DNA of 64,000 bases from IMG/VR virus record IMGVR_UViG_3300045988_100580, positions 17,594 to 81,593 of that record; one strand, given 5' to 3'. The position numbers and the translations under genes were made by a program. This document shows, piece after piece, positions 39,116 through 48,818 of the stretch. The DNA is from a virus. Within the stretch, counting starts at the first letter, position 1. Every line of letters begins with the position of its first letter. Below the pieces are notes generated by a model. That model was not told the origin of the DNA. It was given only the letters and a program-made list of their open reading frames with translations, and made no database searches.

Positions 39116-40816
39116 TTATTTTTTGTCATCTCCTTTTAGCTTCTTTAAAGTATCTGCAATCGGAAGCTGATCAATGACTCCCAATGCCGGAGCGACGGTC
39201 TTAACAACATTGTTAAGGAAATTACCGGTACTGTTCTGACCGCCGTCAAATACCGTGATATTTCCGAGGTTAATGTGCTCAAATGCCTTAACCTGTTCTC
39301 CGGCAATTTCTTTCCACTGATTAACCATCTTGTACTGGATGGCGATCTGAGGATTGGATTCTGCTGCTTCCACCATAGCCTTAAATCCGTCGGCTTCTGC
39401 CATTAACGACTTTTTTTTACCTTCGGCTTCTGCCTCCAGCTTCATCTGAATAGCTTTTGCCTCTGCCTCAGCTTTTGCCAAATGTGCTGCTGCCTCAGCC
39501 TCAGCCCGGCGTTTGATCTTCTCGGCCTCGGCATCAGCTTGCAAGATAGCCTCTTCCTTCTGGGTTTCAGCCGGCACAATCTTTTCAGCCTTAAGCGCAG
39601 CCTGAACTTTCTTAGCCTTAGCTTCTTCCACTTCTTTGTCGGCAAGCTCTTTTGCTGTTTTTACAGCCGCTTCCGATTTAACTTTTTCTTCTCCGGCCTT
39701 CTTCTCTGATTGAGCTTTGATGATCTGTAGTTCTGATACTGACACAGCAACCTCCTTCTGGGCATTGTTGTATCCTATAGACGCATTTTTCTCAGCCTCA
39801 GCCTTCTTAATCTGAGCTTCAGAGTCTTGTATTGCTATAGCTGCTTCCTTGTCAGCTTCAGCCTTATTCTTTCCGACTTCTTCCATCCTTTCAGCCTCGG
39901 CTTTATTTACTTCAAGTTCTGCCTTAGATCTTACGATCGCCGATTCCTTGTCGGTTAAAGTTTTTGCGATAACCGCAGCCCTGTCTCTATCTGCTTGAGC
40001 TACACCAATCTGTTTCTCTTTATCGGTTAAAGCTAAAGCTATTTCTTTTTCTTTCTTCGTTTCAGCTACTATCGTTTCCTTTTCTTTTTCAGTACAAGCA
40101 ATTTGAATCTCTTGTTCTTTTTTGGTATTAGCTACAGCCGTTTCTTTCTCCTTCTGCTGTACAGCAATCTTAATAGCACCCAGCTTCTCCTGTTCTTCGA
40201 TATTAGCCTGTGCTTCGTTCAGAGCCCTACTTTCAGCTTCCTTACCAAGGTTCATAATATAACCGGCTTCGTCTCTAATGTCACTGATGTTGATGTTCAG
40301 GAGGTAAAGACCTAACTTATTAAGCTCGTTATCAATGTTCTTTCTTGCCTTATCCAAAAACTCATCCCTGTCAGAATTAAGTTTTTCGATTGTCATTTCA
40401 GCAATAATCAAACGCATCTGACCGTAAACGATGTCCGTAATAAGATTTTCAGTAGATTCGGTATCCATCCCCAAAAGTCTTTCTGCCGCATTTTGCATGA
40501 TTTCGGGATTTGTACTGATAGCTACTGTAATGGTCGTAGGTACATCTACTCTAATATTCTGAGATGACAAAGCACCGGTAAGCTTGCAATCTATTTGCAT
40601 AGGCTCCATTGACAAAACATCATAGCTTTGAATAATAGGCAAGACAAATGCCGCTCCACCATGATATAATTTTGCCGACTTCTTTTCCCCACCTGTCTTA
40701 CCGTAAACGACCAAGACCTGATTAGGCTTACATCTACGATACCTTGATAAGACTCCGATGATTGTCAAAATAATCACTACAGCTAAGATAGCTGACACGT
40801 ACATGATTGTTGTCAT
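39116..40816 (-). CDS. SPFH/band-7 flotillin-like protein (YqiK/FloT-like)
   Basis: N-terminal TM, SPFH core, then a long Ala/Glu/Lys-rich coiled-coil with EA repeats and a C-terminal conserved tail. Confidence 0.7.
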   Translation of the reverse strand: MTTIMYVSAILAVVIILTIIGVLSRYRRCKPNQVLVVYGKTGGEKKSAKLYHGGAAFVLPIIQSYDVLSMEPMQIDCKLTGALSSQNIRVDVPTTITVAISTNPEIMQNAAERLLGMDTESTENLITDIVYGQMRLIIAEMTIEKLNSDRDEFLDKARKNIDNELNKLGLYLLNINISDIRDEAGYIMNLGKEAESRALNEAQANIEEQEKLGAIKIAVQQKEKETAVANTKKEQEIQIACTEKEKETIVAETKKEKEIALALTDKEKQIGVAQADRDRAAVIAKTLTDKESAIVRSKAELEVNKAEAERMEEVGKNKAEADKEAAIAIQDSEAQIKKAEAEKNASIGYNNAQKEVAVSVSELQIIKAQSEKKAGEEKVKSEAAVKTAKELADKEVEEAKAKKVQAALKAEKIVPAETQKEEAILQADAEAEKIKRRAEAEAAAHLAKAEAEAKAIQMKLEAEAEGKKKSLMAEADGFKAMVEAAESNPQIAIQYKMVNQWKEIAGEQVKAFEHINLGNITVFDGGQNSTGNFLNNVVKTVAPALGVIDQLPIADTLKKLKGDDKK

Positions 40817-40847
40817 AACTTTTAAAATTTAATTGTTGATAAAAAAA

Positions 40848-41342
40848 TTAGATACTTAATTCTCCTTCTTCATATTTTATATTCGCCTTGTCGCCGTTTT
40901 TGTAGGTTTTTCCAGACAAGCATCTTACTCTCATTTGCTCTTGTCTTCCATTTTTCGAAATATTTACCATATAATGATTCTTCCCTGATCTAAATACTAT
41001 CTCCACTTCTCTTCCGTTTAAATCTTCCGGACATTCGTACACCATTTCTTGCTTTAACTTAAGAAGTAACTTATATACGTAAAACAAAACGATAAAGAAA
41101 AACGACCCTATCACAACCCCTACTAAATGGGAACCCGAAAAGTAAGTAGTCCAGCTATATCCAAGAATGAAATGTGTTATGCCCTTGAATGATATGATGT
41201 CCGACAAAGACATGCTTAAATCAGAAGCACTGTCAATGTCAATATCCGTATCCAGATCAGATCCTAATATCGACAACAAAAACTGTATAACAAAAGCAAA
41301 TGACGCTATTAAAGCCATGCATAAAATTATATCACTTCCCAT
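40848..41342 (-). CDS. NfeD-like (YqiJ/YuaF-like) membrane protein, the usual flotillin partner
   Basis: Multiple N-terminal TM segments plus a C-terminal beta-barrel-like soluble domain. Encoded immediately upstream of the flotillin gene, as in yqiJ-yqiK operons. Confidence 0.5.
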   Translation of the reverse strand: MGSDIILCMALIASFAFVIQFLLSILGSDLDTDIDIDSASDLSMSLSDIISFKGITHFILGYSWTTYFSGSHLVGVVIGSFFFIVLFYVYKLLLKLKQEMVYECPEDLNGREVEIVFRSGKNHYMVNISKNGRQEQMRVRCLSGKTYKNGDKANIKYEEGELSI

Positions 41343-41583
41343 ATCCTTCTGTTATTATTTTGTAAACAAGATCAGTCATATCTTTGATGGTCTCCATATC
41401 ATAATCAATAATAACAATATTGAATTTTTATTCCACCATCATTTCAAGTTCAATTTGATCAAGAGAATCTAATCCAAGTTCTTTAAACGTCACATCTTCT
41501 TCATGAACTATATCCATTTCTGAATTAAGAAACTGAGTAATAATTATATCCTCTATAATCTTTCTGATTTCTACTTTTTCCAT
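41332..41583 (-). pseudogene. acpP: Acyl carrier protein gene interrupted by an in-frame TAA (at 41428-41430) where ACPs have Glu: MEKVEIRKIIEDIIITQFLNSEMDIVHEEDVTFKELGLDSLDQIELEMMVE*KFNIVIIDYDMETIKDMTDLVYKIITEGYGK
   Basis: Clear ACP signature LGLDSLD (phosphopantetheine Ser) and an overall 82-codon alignment to E. coli ACP. A single in-frame stop (TAA against GAA) splits it. ATGA overlap with NfeD. Confidence 0.6.
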
Positions 41584-42284
41584 TGCTTTCTAATTTTGTT
41601 AAATAAATACGTTTTTATGTTTTTCAATCTCTCTTTGTCTGTTTCAGAACTTCCGGTAAACAAATAATCCGGATTGCCTTTAGCCGGCGGCGTAGGCAAT
41701 TTAGATACGGCAAACAACCAATCCATTTCCTTATTCTTCTTAGACTCCAAATAAGGCTCGGTAGCGATCTTGAATTTTTCAGCTATTAAGTCGAAGAGCT
41801 TTGAGTTTTTAAGGTTCATATGGACTGAAAAAGCCTGAGAAGGCGGTTTCCATATAAAGTTACATAAGCTCATTGTATAATCTCCTGACTCTGCTATATA
41901 AGATTCCGTTACCTGAAGTATGACCTCTTTCTTGAATGAGGTGTTACCCATAAACCAACACAACCTGGATTCCGCTTCTTTTCTGCTGACACCTATGTCT
42001 TTTGAATACGATTCGTACATTCCTATCATAATCTTCAACGTTTCCAGAACCTCGTCTGTCATCTCCGGTGTCTCTATATAATTCACAAAAGACGTTCCTT
42101 TGTTGGTCAATCTCATCACGCCTGATTTTAATTTCTCAACCAGGCCAAGCTCTATATACCTCCCAGCATCTTTTTCCAGCATGGCTTCGATCATAACCGT
42201 ATCCTTCTGTCTTATAGCAAGAAGATTAGCCAGATCATTAGGAGTCATGTCTGATGCTGCAAGTTGTCTGAAATTGATGTACAT
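41571..42284 (-). CDS. Hypothetical protein, 237 aa
   Basis: ORF track. Confidence 0.5.
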   Translation of the reverse strand: MYINFRQLAASDMTPNDLANLLAIRQKDTVMIEAMLEKDAGRYIELGLVEKLKSGVMRLTNKGTSFVNYIETPEMTDEVLETLKIMIGMYESYSKDIGVSRKEAESRLCWFMGNTSFKKEVILQVTESYIAESGDYTMSLCNFIWKPPSQAFSVHMNLKNSKLFDLIAEKFKIATEPYLESKKNKEMDWLFAVSKLPTPPAKGNPDYLFTGSSETDKERLKNIKTYLFNKIRKQWKK

Positions 42285-42286
42285 GC

Positions 42287-42496
42287 CTAATCAGCTTTAA
42301 TAAAAATAACATCCTTACCATCCTCCCTCTCTACGTGATTACACGGGCCTGCGACTACATCTACCGACCCGCATGTAATGTGGTCATTAAATATACATCC
42401 TTCACATCCTAAGTCTGGCTCTGGAGCATCCACACATTTTAATCTCACAAGTCCGGCATCAAACACTTCTCCTACTTTAAATTCCTTCTTTTCCAT
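42287..42496 (-). CDS. Small Cys-rich protein, 69 aa
   Basis: CVD…CEGC…C…C pattern. Confidence 0.4.
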   Translation of the reverse strand: MEKKEFKVGEVFDAGLVRLKCVDAPEPDLGCEGCIFNDHITCGSVDVVAGPCNHVEREDGKDVIFIKAD

Positions 42497-42511
42497 ATTT
42501 CCTCCTTGTTT

Positions 42512-43114
42512 TTAACTGTTGTACCCTTCTTTGATAATCGAATTTCTACCGGTAGATACCGACTGTCGAAGATCGTCATGTACAGAATCTACCGTAGAAT
42601 ACTTGTTTCTGGTTGTAAAAATCACTTCCAGCATCTCCTTGTAATCACCTAAAGCTACTTCATATCTCGGATCTACTTTGGCTTTTCTTTCGGCCTCGGC
42701 ATTACTCTTAGCCAGCTCTCGGTCAAGAAGATCTTCTTTGATTCGGTCAGCAATCATATCAAGTTCTTTTTTTATAACTTCTCCTGCTGCCCGAAGTTGA
42801 CCTTCTACGTCGCCAAGCTGATCTTGGACGGTTCCTATTTCTTTCTTTAGGCGATCGTATTCGTTAATCATACCCATATCACCTGCATAGCCGGAAAAGT
42901 CCTTGATTATTCTGGTTCCTTCTTTAAGGAGTTCAATAACTCGTCTTTTACGTTCTCTGCTTATTAAAGACGGAAGACGATAATTCATATCCGCCACCGC
43001 CTTATCATGTATGGAGTTGATTAAAAACATCTCTCTTTCATCCCCTGCAAACTCAGTAAGAACCAAAAGGAACTTACTTATCAGGTATTCGTTTTCTTCT
43101 ACTGTTAGTCTCAT
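42512..43114 (-). CDS. Hypothetical coiled-coil protein, 200 aa
   Basis: ORF track. Confidence 0.5.
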   Translation of the reverse strand: MRLTVEENEYLISKFLLVLTEFAGDEREMFLINSIHDKAVADMNYRLPSLISRERKRRVIELLKEGTRIIKDFSGYAGDMGMINEYDRLKKEIGTVQDQLGDVEGQLRAAGEVIKKELDMIADRIKEDLLDRELAKSNAEAERKAKVDPRYEVALGDYKEMLEVIFTTRNKYSTVDSVHDDLRQSVSTGRNSIIKEGYNS

Positions 43115-43129
43115 GGTTCTTATTTTTTT

Positions 43130-44263
43130 TTAATACAATGACGGTTCTTCCTTTGTCTCTTGTTCTTGATCTTGATTGTTCGTAACGTCTTCCACAGTAT
43201 AGAGCTTGGGCGGCGTCGGCGGCTGGTTGGGGTTCACGAACTTCGTCCCGCCCTCCCCGTACATCCATCCATGCCCCGGCAGGATCTCTGGGTGGATTGT
43301 ATTAGTAAGCTCTTCCATACTAACTTGCCTTACCTTCAGTATATGATGAAACACCAGTCCGGCTGTCCTGAATGATGTTTTGTTTTCAGTTTTAAACCTA
43401 TCAAGAGTCTGATACCAATCTTTCCCAAATATCATATACTTATCCAGCCCGTACCTACGAGGATTGTGCAAGCCTATCATTAACGTACATAACTGACCCA
43501 GCGTATCAGACTGGTAAAAATCAGAAAGACGCGGAGGCTGCTCTTGTGGGCTTTTTATCCTTCCTTCTATCTCTCTGTTGAATTGTGATATGATGAGGAA
43601 AAATATGTTTTTATATACTAATTTAGCTTCGTTCATAACCGCCACCAAATCATCTATAGCCGACTTAGGATCTAACCCCATTCTTTTTATCAAAGCAATA
43701 TGATCGACTTTAAATATTATAAGACGTTTGTCTTTGTGTTTGGTAGCTATATGATACACAGCCGCCTCAAACTCTTTTACCGTACACGGAGCATCGATGT
43801 ATATTATATTATTCCTGATTTCACCTTGAAGGATTTCAAACATCCTCATCTCTTCCACTGTATTAGAATCTTGCCTTCTTAATATTTCAGGAGCCCGCTT
43901 TTTCATATCCTGGCTCATTCTACGAAGAAGAAGATCTTGAGGATTCATTTCGAACTCGCAATTAACAAGAAAATAATCTTCTGCTTGCGGGTTGATCATC
44001 GGATTCATAACATTTTCCAATATCTTTTGGGCCACATACGATTTACCTACAGATGGCCGGGCTCCTATGGCAATAGCATGCTGAGGGAAAATACCTCCAA
44101 GCAAAGCCTCATCAATATAATCGTATCCGGTTTTAGCGGGGATAAGCTCTCCCCGCCTGTATTTCAAGATATTCTCATACGCCTCTTCCATGACCTGTTT
44201 AGAGGTCTTGAATATCCTTCTTATATCTATCCTATTTGCTATCTCCTCGTGCATTTTTGTCAC
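43130..44263 (-). CDS. dnaB: DnaB-family replicative helicase (C-terminal RecA-like domain)
   Basis: Walker A GARPSVGKS (DnaB has GARPSMGKT), IDHIALI, SQFNREIE (DnaB SQLNR). Confidence 0.75.
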   Translation of the reverse strand: MTKMHEEIANRIDIRRIFKTSKQVMEEAYENILKYRRGELIPAKTGYDYIDEALLGGIFPQHAIAIGARPSVGKSYVAQKILENVMNPMINPQAEDYFLVNCEFEMNPQDLLLRRMSQDMKKRAPEILRRQDSNTVEEMRMFEILQGEIRNNIIYIDAPCTVKEFEAAVYHIATKHKDKRLIIFKVDHIALIKRMGLDPKSAIDDLVAVMNEAKLVYKNIFFLIISQFNREIEGRIKSPQEQPPRLSDFYQSDTLGQLCTLMIGLHNPRRYGLDKYMIFGKDWYQTLDRFKTENKTSFRTAGLVFHHILKVRQVSMEELTNTIHPEILPGHGWMYGEGGTKFVNPNQPPTPPKLYTVEDVTNNQDQEQETKEEPSLY

Positions 44264-44552
44264 CTTTTGTATCCGATTTGGATCCCCTATTAGCTTTTAC
44301 TGATTTATACCTAAGACCGTTCTTGGTATGAGAACAATCCTTGCCTTTTCTCCAGCCCTTACCCTTCTTCTTGTCCGTTTCGTAGTTTTTACGACCAAGC
44401 TCCCGGCGTTTGGCTTTCTGTTCCGGTCTGGCATTTATCTCCTTGTCTTTTTTAGCCTTTTTCTTCCTGGCTTCGGGATGAGTCCTGTAGTACTCTGTTG
44501 ATCTGCCCATCTTCTTACATTTTTTGATTGATAATAGCACAAAGATAGGCAA
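44232..44552 (-). CDS. Lys/Arg-rich low-complexity ORF, 106 aa; possibly a basic DNA-binding protein or a spurious frame
   Basis: ORF track only. Confidence 0.25.
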   Translation of the reverse strand: MPIFVLLSIKKCKKMGRSTEYYRTHPEARKKKAKKDKEINARPEQKAKRRELGRKNYETDKKKGKGWRKGKDCSHTKNGLRYKSVKANRGSKSDTKGDKNARGDSK

Positions 44553-44560
44553 TTCTCGCC

Positions 44561-45127
44561 CTATTTCAACCTGCCGTAACTCATATCAGGATCACACCAG
44601 ACATACCCGTCTTTCTCATCATGAAGATACTCAGGACATCCTCTACATGCGCTACTTCCTGACACTATTTGATTGTTTTTATTAGGGCACTTATCTCCAG
44701 GTTTATGCCATTCTATTTTTGAACCTGACCGTTCTTTGTTTATATAACAGAACTGAAATACTTTTCCCATCGTCTTCTCGCCAAACATACCTATATGCGT
44801 GTACTCTTCCGGTATAGATAGAAATTCAGATAAATCTTTATACATCCTTTCCCGTTCCTCCGGCGTAGACCATAATCTGTCAAGTTCGGCATGGACTCTT
44901 ATCTTAAGAGACCTCAGTGATGGCCCCGCAAGCCGGCCTTTAGCTTTTCCCTTATTCGGCCCTGATTCATGAACACCGACATAAGCGTTGCATGGTTTGC
45001 ACATCATAACCATCCCTAAGCCTTTTCTGCTATATATTTTATCGGCATTTACCAGCTCAGTTTCTCTTCCGCAATAAGGACAAATTTCGCCTCTTAAAAC
45101 CCGTTGTTGGCGCTCATTAAGTTCCAT
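44561..45127 (-). CDS. Zinc-finger protein, DUF3268-like
   Basis: CPYCG…MMCKPCNAYVGVHE…GRLAGPSLRSLKIRVHAELDRLW matches the DUF3268 pattern. Confidence 0.5.
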   Translation of the reverse strand: MELNERQQRVLRGEICPYCGRETELVNADKIYSRKGLGMVMMCKPCNAYVGVHESGPNKGKAKGRLAGPSLRSLKIRVHAELDRLWSTPEERERMYKDLSEFLSIPEEYTHIGMFGEKTMGKVFQFCYINKERSGSKIEWHKPGDKCPNKNNQIVSGSSACRGCPEYLHDEKDGYVWCDPDMSYGRLK

Positions 45128-45372
45128 ACCCTATTCTTTTGTTTTTCTTTAAACTTTTCATACAAACTGCTTTCAGTTTCCATTTCTGAGATCTCTACCT
45201 CTACGTCCTCTCTTTTGAAAATTACTTTCTTGGCTGTCGGATACGCACATTTAGAGATACGAATAGCATTACGAATAGCGTAAACAAAATACGTTTCTGG
45301 TGACGATTCGATCACCACTACCTCATTTAAAGTATTTTTATAATTTTTCATGTTGTTATCTACTTGCTTCAA
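45094..45372 (-). CDS. Hypothetical protein, 92 aa
   Basis: ORF track. Confidence 0.4.
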   Translation of the reverse strand: MKQVDNNMKNYKNTLNEVVVIESSPETYFVYAIRNAIRISKCAYPTAKKVIFKREDVEVEISEMETESSLYEKFKEKQKNRVWNLMSANNGF

Positions 45373-45709
45373 TTATATAACCCGGATGATCTTCACACGC
45401 CTCTTTGTATTTGATAAGAAACTTAAGAAATGAATCATAAGACCCCCATCCGTTTTCCGGCTCGTATCTCAAAAGACTTTTTCTCTTAGAGATCATAATA
45501 CATATACCTTTTGTAAGTACATTCTTCATCTCATTGGTATATATTTCTTTATACAATTCTTCTGGTCTCCAAACATAATCGTACAGCGTTTCTTTATTTT
45601 CCGATACGAATATTCTTTGTGCCATCTTGTTCATGTTGTGGGTGATGTTTGCAACCCATTCACGATCCTCTTCTTTCTTCTTGTTCTTAATATAAACATC
45701 CAGGCTCAT
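45356..45709 (-). CDS. Hypothetical protein, 117 aa
   Basis: ORF track. Confidence 0.45.
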   Translation of the reverse strand: MSLDVYIKNKKKEEDREWVANITHNMNKMAQRIFVSENKETLYDYVWRPEELYKEIYTNEMKNVLTKGICIMISKRKSLLRYEPENGWGSYDSFLKFLIKYKEACEDHPGYIIEASR

Positions 45710-46700
45710 GATATTTCTCTTTTACCTTGTTATTAATTATCAAATCTGCCACATCATCTCCGTCTCCTACATTTTCAACATTTTGAAGATAGTCTGATAC
45801 TTTTATCCTTGACTTCATCATCATCCCATCTATCTTTTTACTCCATGTCTCAAATGCTTGTCCTTTGTCCGGAAAAGCTACAATCTTTCTATCTTTTAAA
45901 ACATCTATCACTTCCGGCCTTAGATTCTGCAACCCACCGGTAGCTACAAATAACTCATCCGGTTTATTCACAGCGCATATAATAGCCGTCTTTTCTGATT
46001 CCACCAAATTAACCACCTTATCCGGATACTGGCTTAGAAGATGCTCTCCGAACAGGCATTGTCTAAACAAGAAGTCTCTTGCATGCAACGAGTGATAAAA
46101 CATAACATGAGGCCGCTCATTGTCACCGTCTTTTTCCTTCACTCTTTTTACATCAATCTCATTCCCCTGGCTGTCGGTCTTTATATAAAAGTCCATGATC
46201 TTGCCGGTTCTACATACAAAGTCCTTATCTATCTGCCAGAATATACAACATCCTTTCCATCCCCATAAGTCCATTGTTCCGACATGATATCTTCTAAATA
46301 CGTCAGATACCCTTTCTTTTCCCCATAGAGACGATAAAAATCTAAATACGGTGTTTCTGTCGTCTGGAACCACAGTCCTCTCAAACTCGCTAAAAGGTAT
46401 GTAATTTACAACGTCAGGATTTACAGGAGGACGATAAGCTCTTATACACTTGTTTCCCGAAATCCAAAGATCTTTGTCGCCCACATCCTTGCCGGTAGGC
46501 CGTTTATCATAACCGCAAGTCCGTTCATGATCGCATCTTCCGAACTCGTTTCCAACAACCTGACCGGTCGCCACATCAATATAAGGAGTAAGGCACCGGC
46601 TTTTTCCGCAAGCCGGGCAGGTCAGCTTTAGTCGGCTCCTGCCAGGCCTGCGGTCAAGTTGAAACCGGGGTACGTTTTCGTATCTTCTAAAATCAAGCAT
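45687..46700 (-). CDS. DNA primase-like protein (N-terminal Cys4 zinc ribbon plus C-terminal TOPRIM-like region)
   Basis: CPACGK…CDHERTC zinc ribbon. ESEKTAI…FPDKGQ in a TOPRIM-like arrangement. Confidence 0.55.
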   Translation of the reverse strand: MLDFRRYENVPRFQLDRRPGRSRLKLTCPACGKSRCLTPYIDVATGQVVGNEFGRCDHERTCGYDKRPTGKDVGDKDLWISGNKCIRAYRPPVNPDVVNYIPFSEFERTVVPDDRNTVFRFLSSLWGKERVSDVFRRYHVGTMDLWGWKGCCIFWQIDKDFVCRTGKIMDFYIKTDSQGNEIDVKRVKEKDGDNERPHVMFYHSLHARDFLFRQCLFGEHLLSQYPDKVVNLVESEKTAIICAVNKPDELFVATGGLQNLRPEVIDVLKDRKIVAFPDKGQAFETWSKKIDGMMMKSRIKVSDYLQNVENVGDGDDVADLIINNKVKEKYHEPGCLY

Positions 46701-46709
46701 AATGCTTAT

Positions 46710-48029
46710 TTATATTACAAATCTTTTAGACATTTCCTCAGCAATATCATATACGACAATATGATCCTCTTCATTGTAAGGCTTATTGATATTCAGCACT
46801 CCCTTTCTCACTTTGAACCTCTTGTCTTTTCTGATATGATTCAACATCCCTTGTTGGAATACACAGTCTGCCTTCTCCATAGCAGCATTTTTATCAGACC
46901 ATTCTTTTAGCGTATAACCTTTACTGTTCGTGCTTTTTGGAGAAAAATTCATAATACGTGCATCAATTCCGTACCAGTTTTTAACCATTCTCCTTTCAGC
47001 CTCCAATTGAAAAGCATGTTCATTTCGTATGTCACCTGATTTAAAATCTAAGATAACAATCTCTTCTTTCTCCACTTCTCTCACTTCCTTCTTCGGATCT
47101 CCTTTTTTGAACTGCCCCGTAGCCCTTTGATACACGGCTCCAAAATAACCTTCTTCTTTGTACTTGAATGTCATTTTAACCATCGCATCTATCGGCGTAG
47201 CTACCAAATAATCTTCTAATGATAATATTCTTTCAATCATCATCGGCTTAACCTTATACTCCGAACAAAATTTAGCAAACTTCATAACCCTAACAATCAT
47301 ATCGTCAAGATCATCTATGCTACCAAAGAATTTGTCAAGATTCTTTTTTGATATTTTAAGCTTGCCTTCTTGCACTGTCTTAACTATAAAACTTCGATTT
47401 AAGACCATATCTCTACCTGTCAAGTATAATCCGTATAGGTAGTGCATGATCGTTCCTTTATCTGCATCATATTCTGATACTTCTTCCGGATTGCGACCAA
47501 TCATCCTCATCTCCTGTCTCCATTCTTGAAGAGCCGTTTTGTCATCTACGAATCCGTCTCTGATCATGGTTGTTACCGAGGCGTATATCTTGGCTGTCCC
47601 ATCGTCCATCTTTCTTACATAAAAACGATTACCGTCTAATGTCAATCTTACGAATTTGGGAGTCTCGATCTTCTTTAACTCATCACAGATATAAAACGGC
47701 TCTAACGTTTCCTGATTTTCTGTAAACGGATTCGAATCTTCTTCTCCAGGGTTAGGAGCGGCTTCCTCCGCCGGAGCTTCCGGTTCCTCCTTCTGGGCCT
47801 GCTCTGGCTCAGAAGCCGGCTCTTCAACTACTGGAACCTGTCCGCCTCTTTCTGCTATGTCTTTGTTTTTTATTAAAGACATAACTTCCTTTCTCAATTG
47901 CTCCGGTGTTTGATTAGGATCTGACACCGACATCACAACATCGTTCATTCTAAACAACGTATTTCCTTTTCCCTCCACCATAGGTACAAACCCTAAATCT
48001 GTCAATATTTTTATTTTCTGTTCTATCAT
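46710..48029 (-). CDS. Putative second PD-(D/E)XK-family nuclease/exonuclease with an acidic low-complexity linker
   Basis: ATPIDAMVK … EIVILDFKSG (D … D-x-K arrangement). N-terminal domain, E/P/A-rich linker, nuclease-like C-terminal domain. Confidence 0.4.
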   Translation of the reverse strand: MIEQKIKILTDLGFVPMVEGKGNTLFRMNDVVMSVSDPNQTPEQLRKEVMSLIKNKDIAERGGQVPVVEEPASEPEQAQKEEPEAPAEEAAPNPGEEDSNPFTENQETLEPFYICDELKKIETPKFVRLTLDGNRFYVRKMDDGTAKIYASVTTMIRDGFVDDKTALQEWRQEMRMIGRNPEEVSEYDADKGTIMHYLYGLYLTGRDMVLNRSFIVKTVQEGKLKISKKNLDKFFGSIDDLDDMIVRVMKFAKFCSEYKVKPMMIERILSLEDYLVATPIDAMVKMTFKYKEEGYFGAVYQRATGQFKKGDPKKEVREVEKEEIVILDFKSGDIRNEHAFQLEAERRMVKNWYGIDARIMNFSPKSTNSKGYTLKEWSDKNAAMEKADCVFQQGMLNHIRKDKRFKVRKGVLNINKPYNEEDHIVVYDIAEEMSKRFVI

Positions 48030-48111
48030 CGCAATTTCTCAATTAATTCCTCTTTAACATAATACAACACAGTTACAGTCTCATCAATATCTGTGGCTGC
48101 TTTCTCAAATA

Positions 48112-48633
48112 CTATTTGGGGTTATATCTGTCAATTATTTCAATAATCAACCTACCTCTTTCTTTAATCATTCCCCTGCTTTCCATATCCAGTACCTTCT
48201 TTACCGCATATTTCCACACAAAAGGAAATTCTGTTTCAAGTTTATCAAATTCTATCCGGTCAAGATACATGTCGAATACCGTATGCTCCGATTCATGTAG
48301 AAAAACTATATTATCTCTGCAAGTGGCAACCGACTTATATATCCTTTTCGGAAGTATGTGACATACGTTACATACTGTAGGAAAATGAATAGCCCTACCA
48401 GTCATAGACATCCGAATACTATTTAGCTCTTCCAGCATAAGACGAAAAAACCCGGATAAATCCGGGCTCTCTAACTTTTTCTTCTTGCTGCTGTTTTTAA
48501 TGGATGTAATTCTGTTTTTCTTCTTCGGAGTCAACTCTTTGCTCCTGCAAGCCTGGCATAAGCCATGACTTCTTATCATCACTTTTCGTCCGCATCGTTC
48601 GCAGACGTATAGCTTCTTTTCCTTGCTTTCCAT
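48112..48633 (-). CDS. Zinc-ribbon protein, possibly HNH-like nuclease
   Basis: CERCG…C..C at the N-terminus; CNVCH…H…H further on. Confidence 0.35.
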   Translation of the reverse strand: MESKEKKLYVCERCGRKVMIRSHGLCQACRSKELTPKKKNRITSIKNSSKKKKLESPDLSGFFRLMLEELNSIRMSMTGRAIHFPTVCNVCHILPKRIYKSVATCRDNIVFLHESEHTVFDMYLDRIEFDKLETEFPFVWKYAVKKVLDMESRGMIKERGRLIIEIIDRYNPK

Positions 48634-48818
48634 TCGAATAATAATGATATTATTGAAAAGAACAATCCCGCTGAAGCCAGTAGATAAGGTACGTTCATTA
48701 ATAATTTAGATACCTCGTCTGTCTTAATCACTATCAGAAGGAAAGCGCCTGCTGAAAACAATGATATTATCGCCACAACAAGCGCTATGTTGGAAACTAC
48801 ATCAGCCTTACTCTTCAC
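48579..48818 (-). CDS. Small two-TM membrane protein, 79 aa
   Basis: Two hydrophobic helices. Confidence 0.4.
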   Translation of the reverse strand: MKSKADVVSNIALVVAIISLFSAGAFLLIVIKTDEVSKLLMNVPYLLASAGLFFSIISLLFEWKARKRSYTSANDADEK

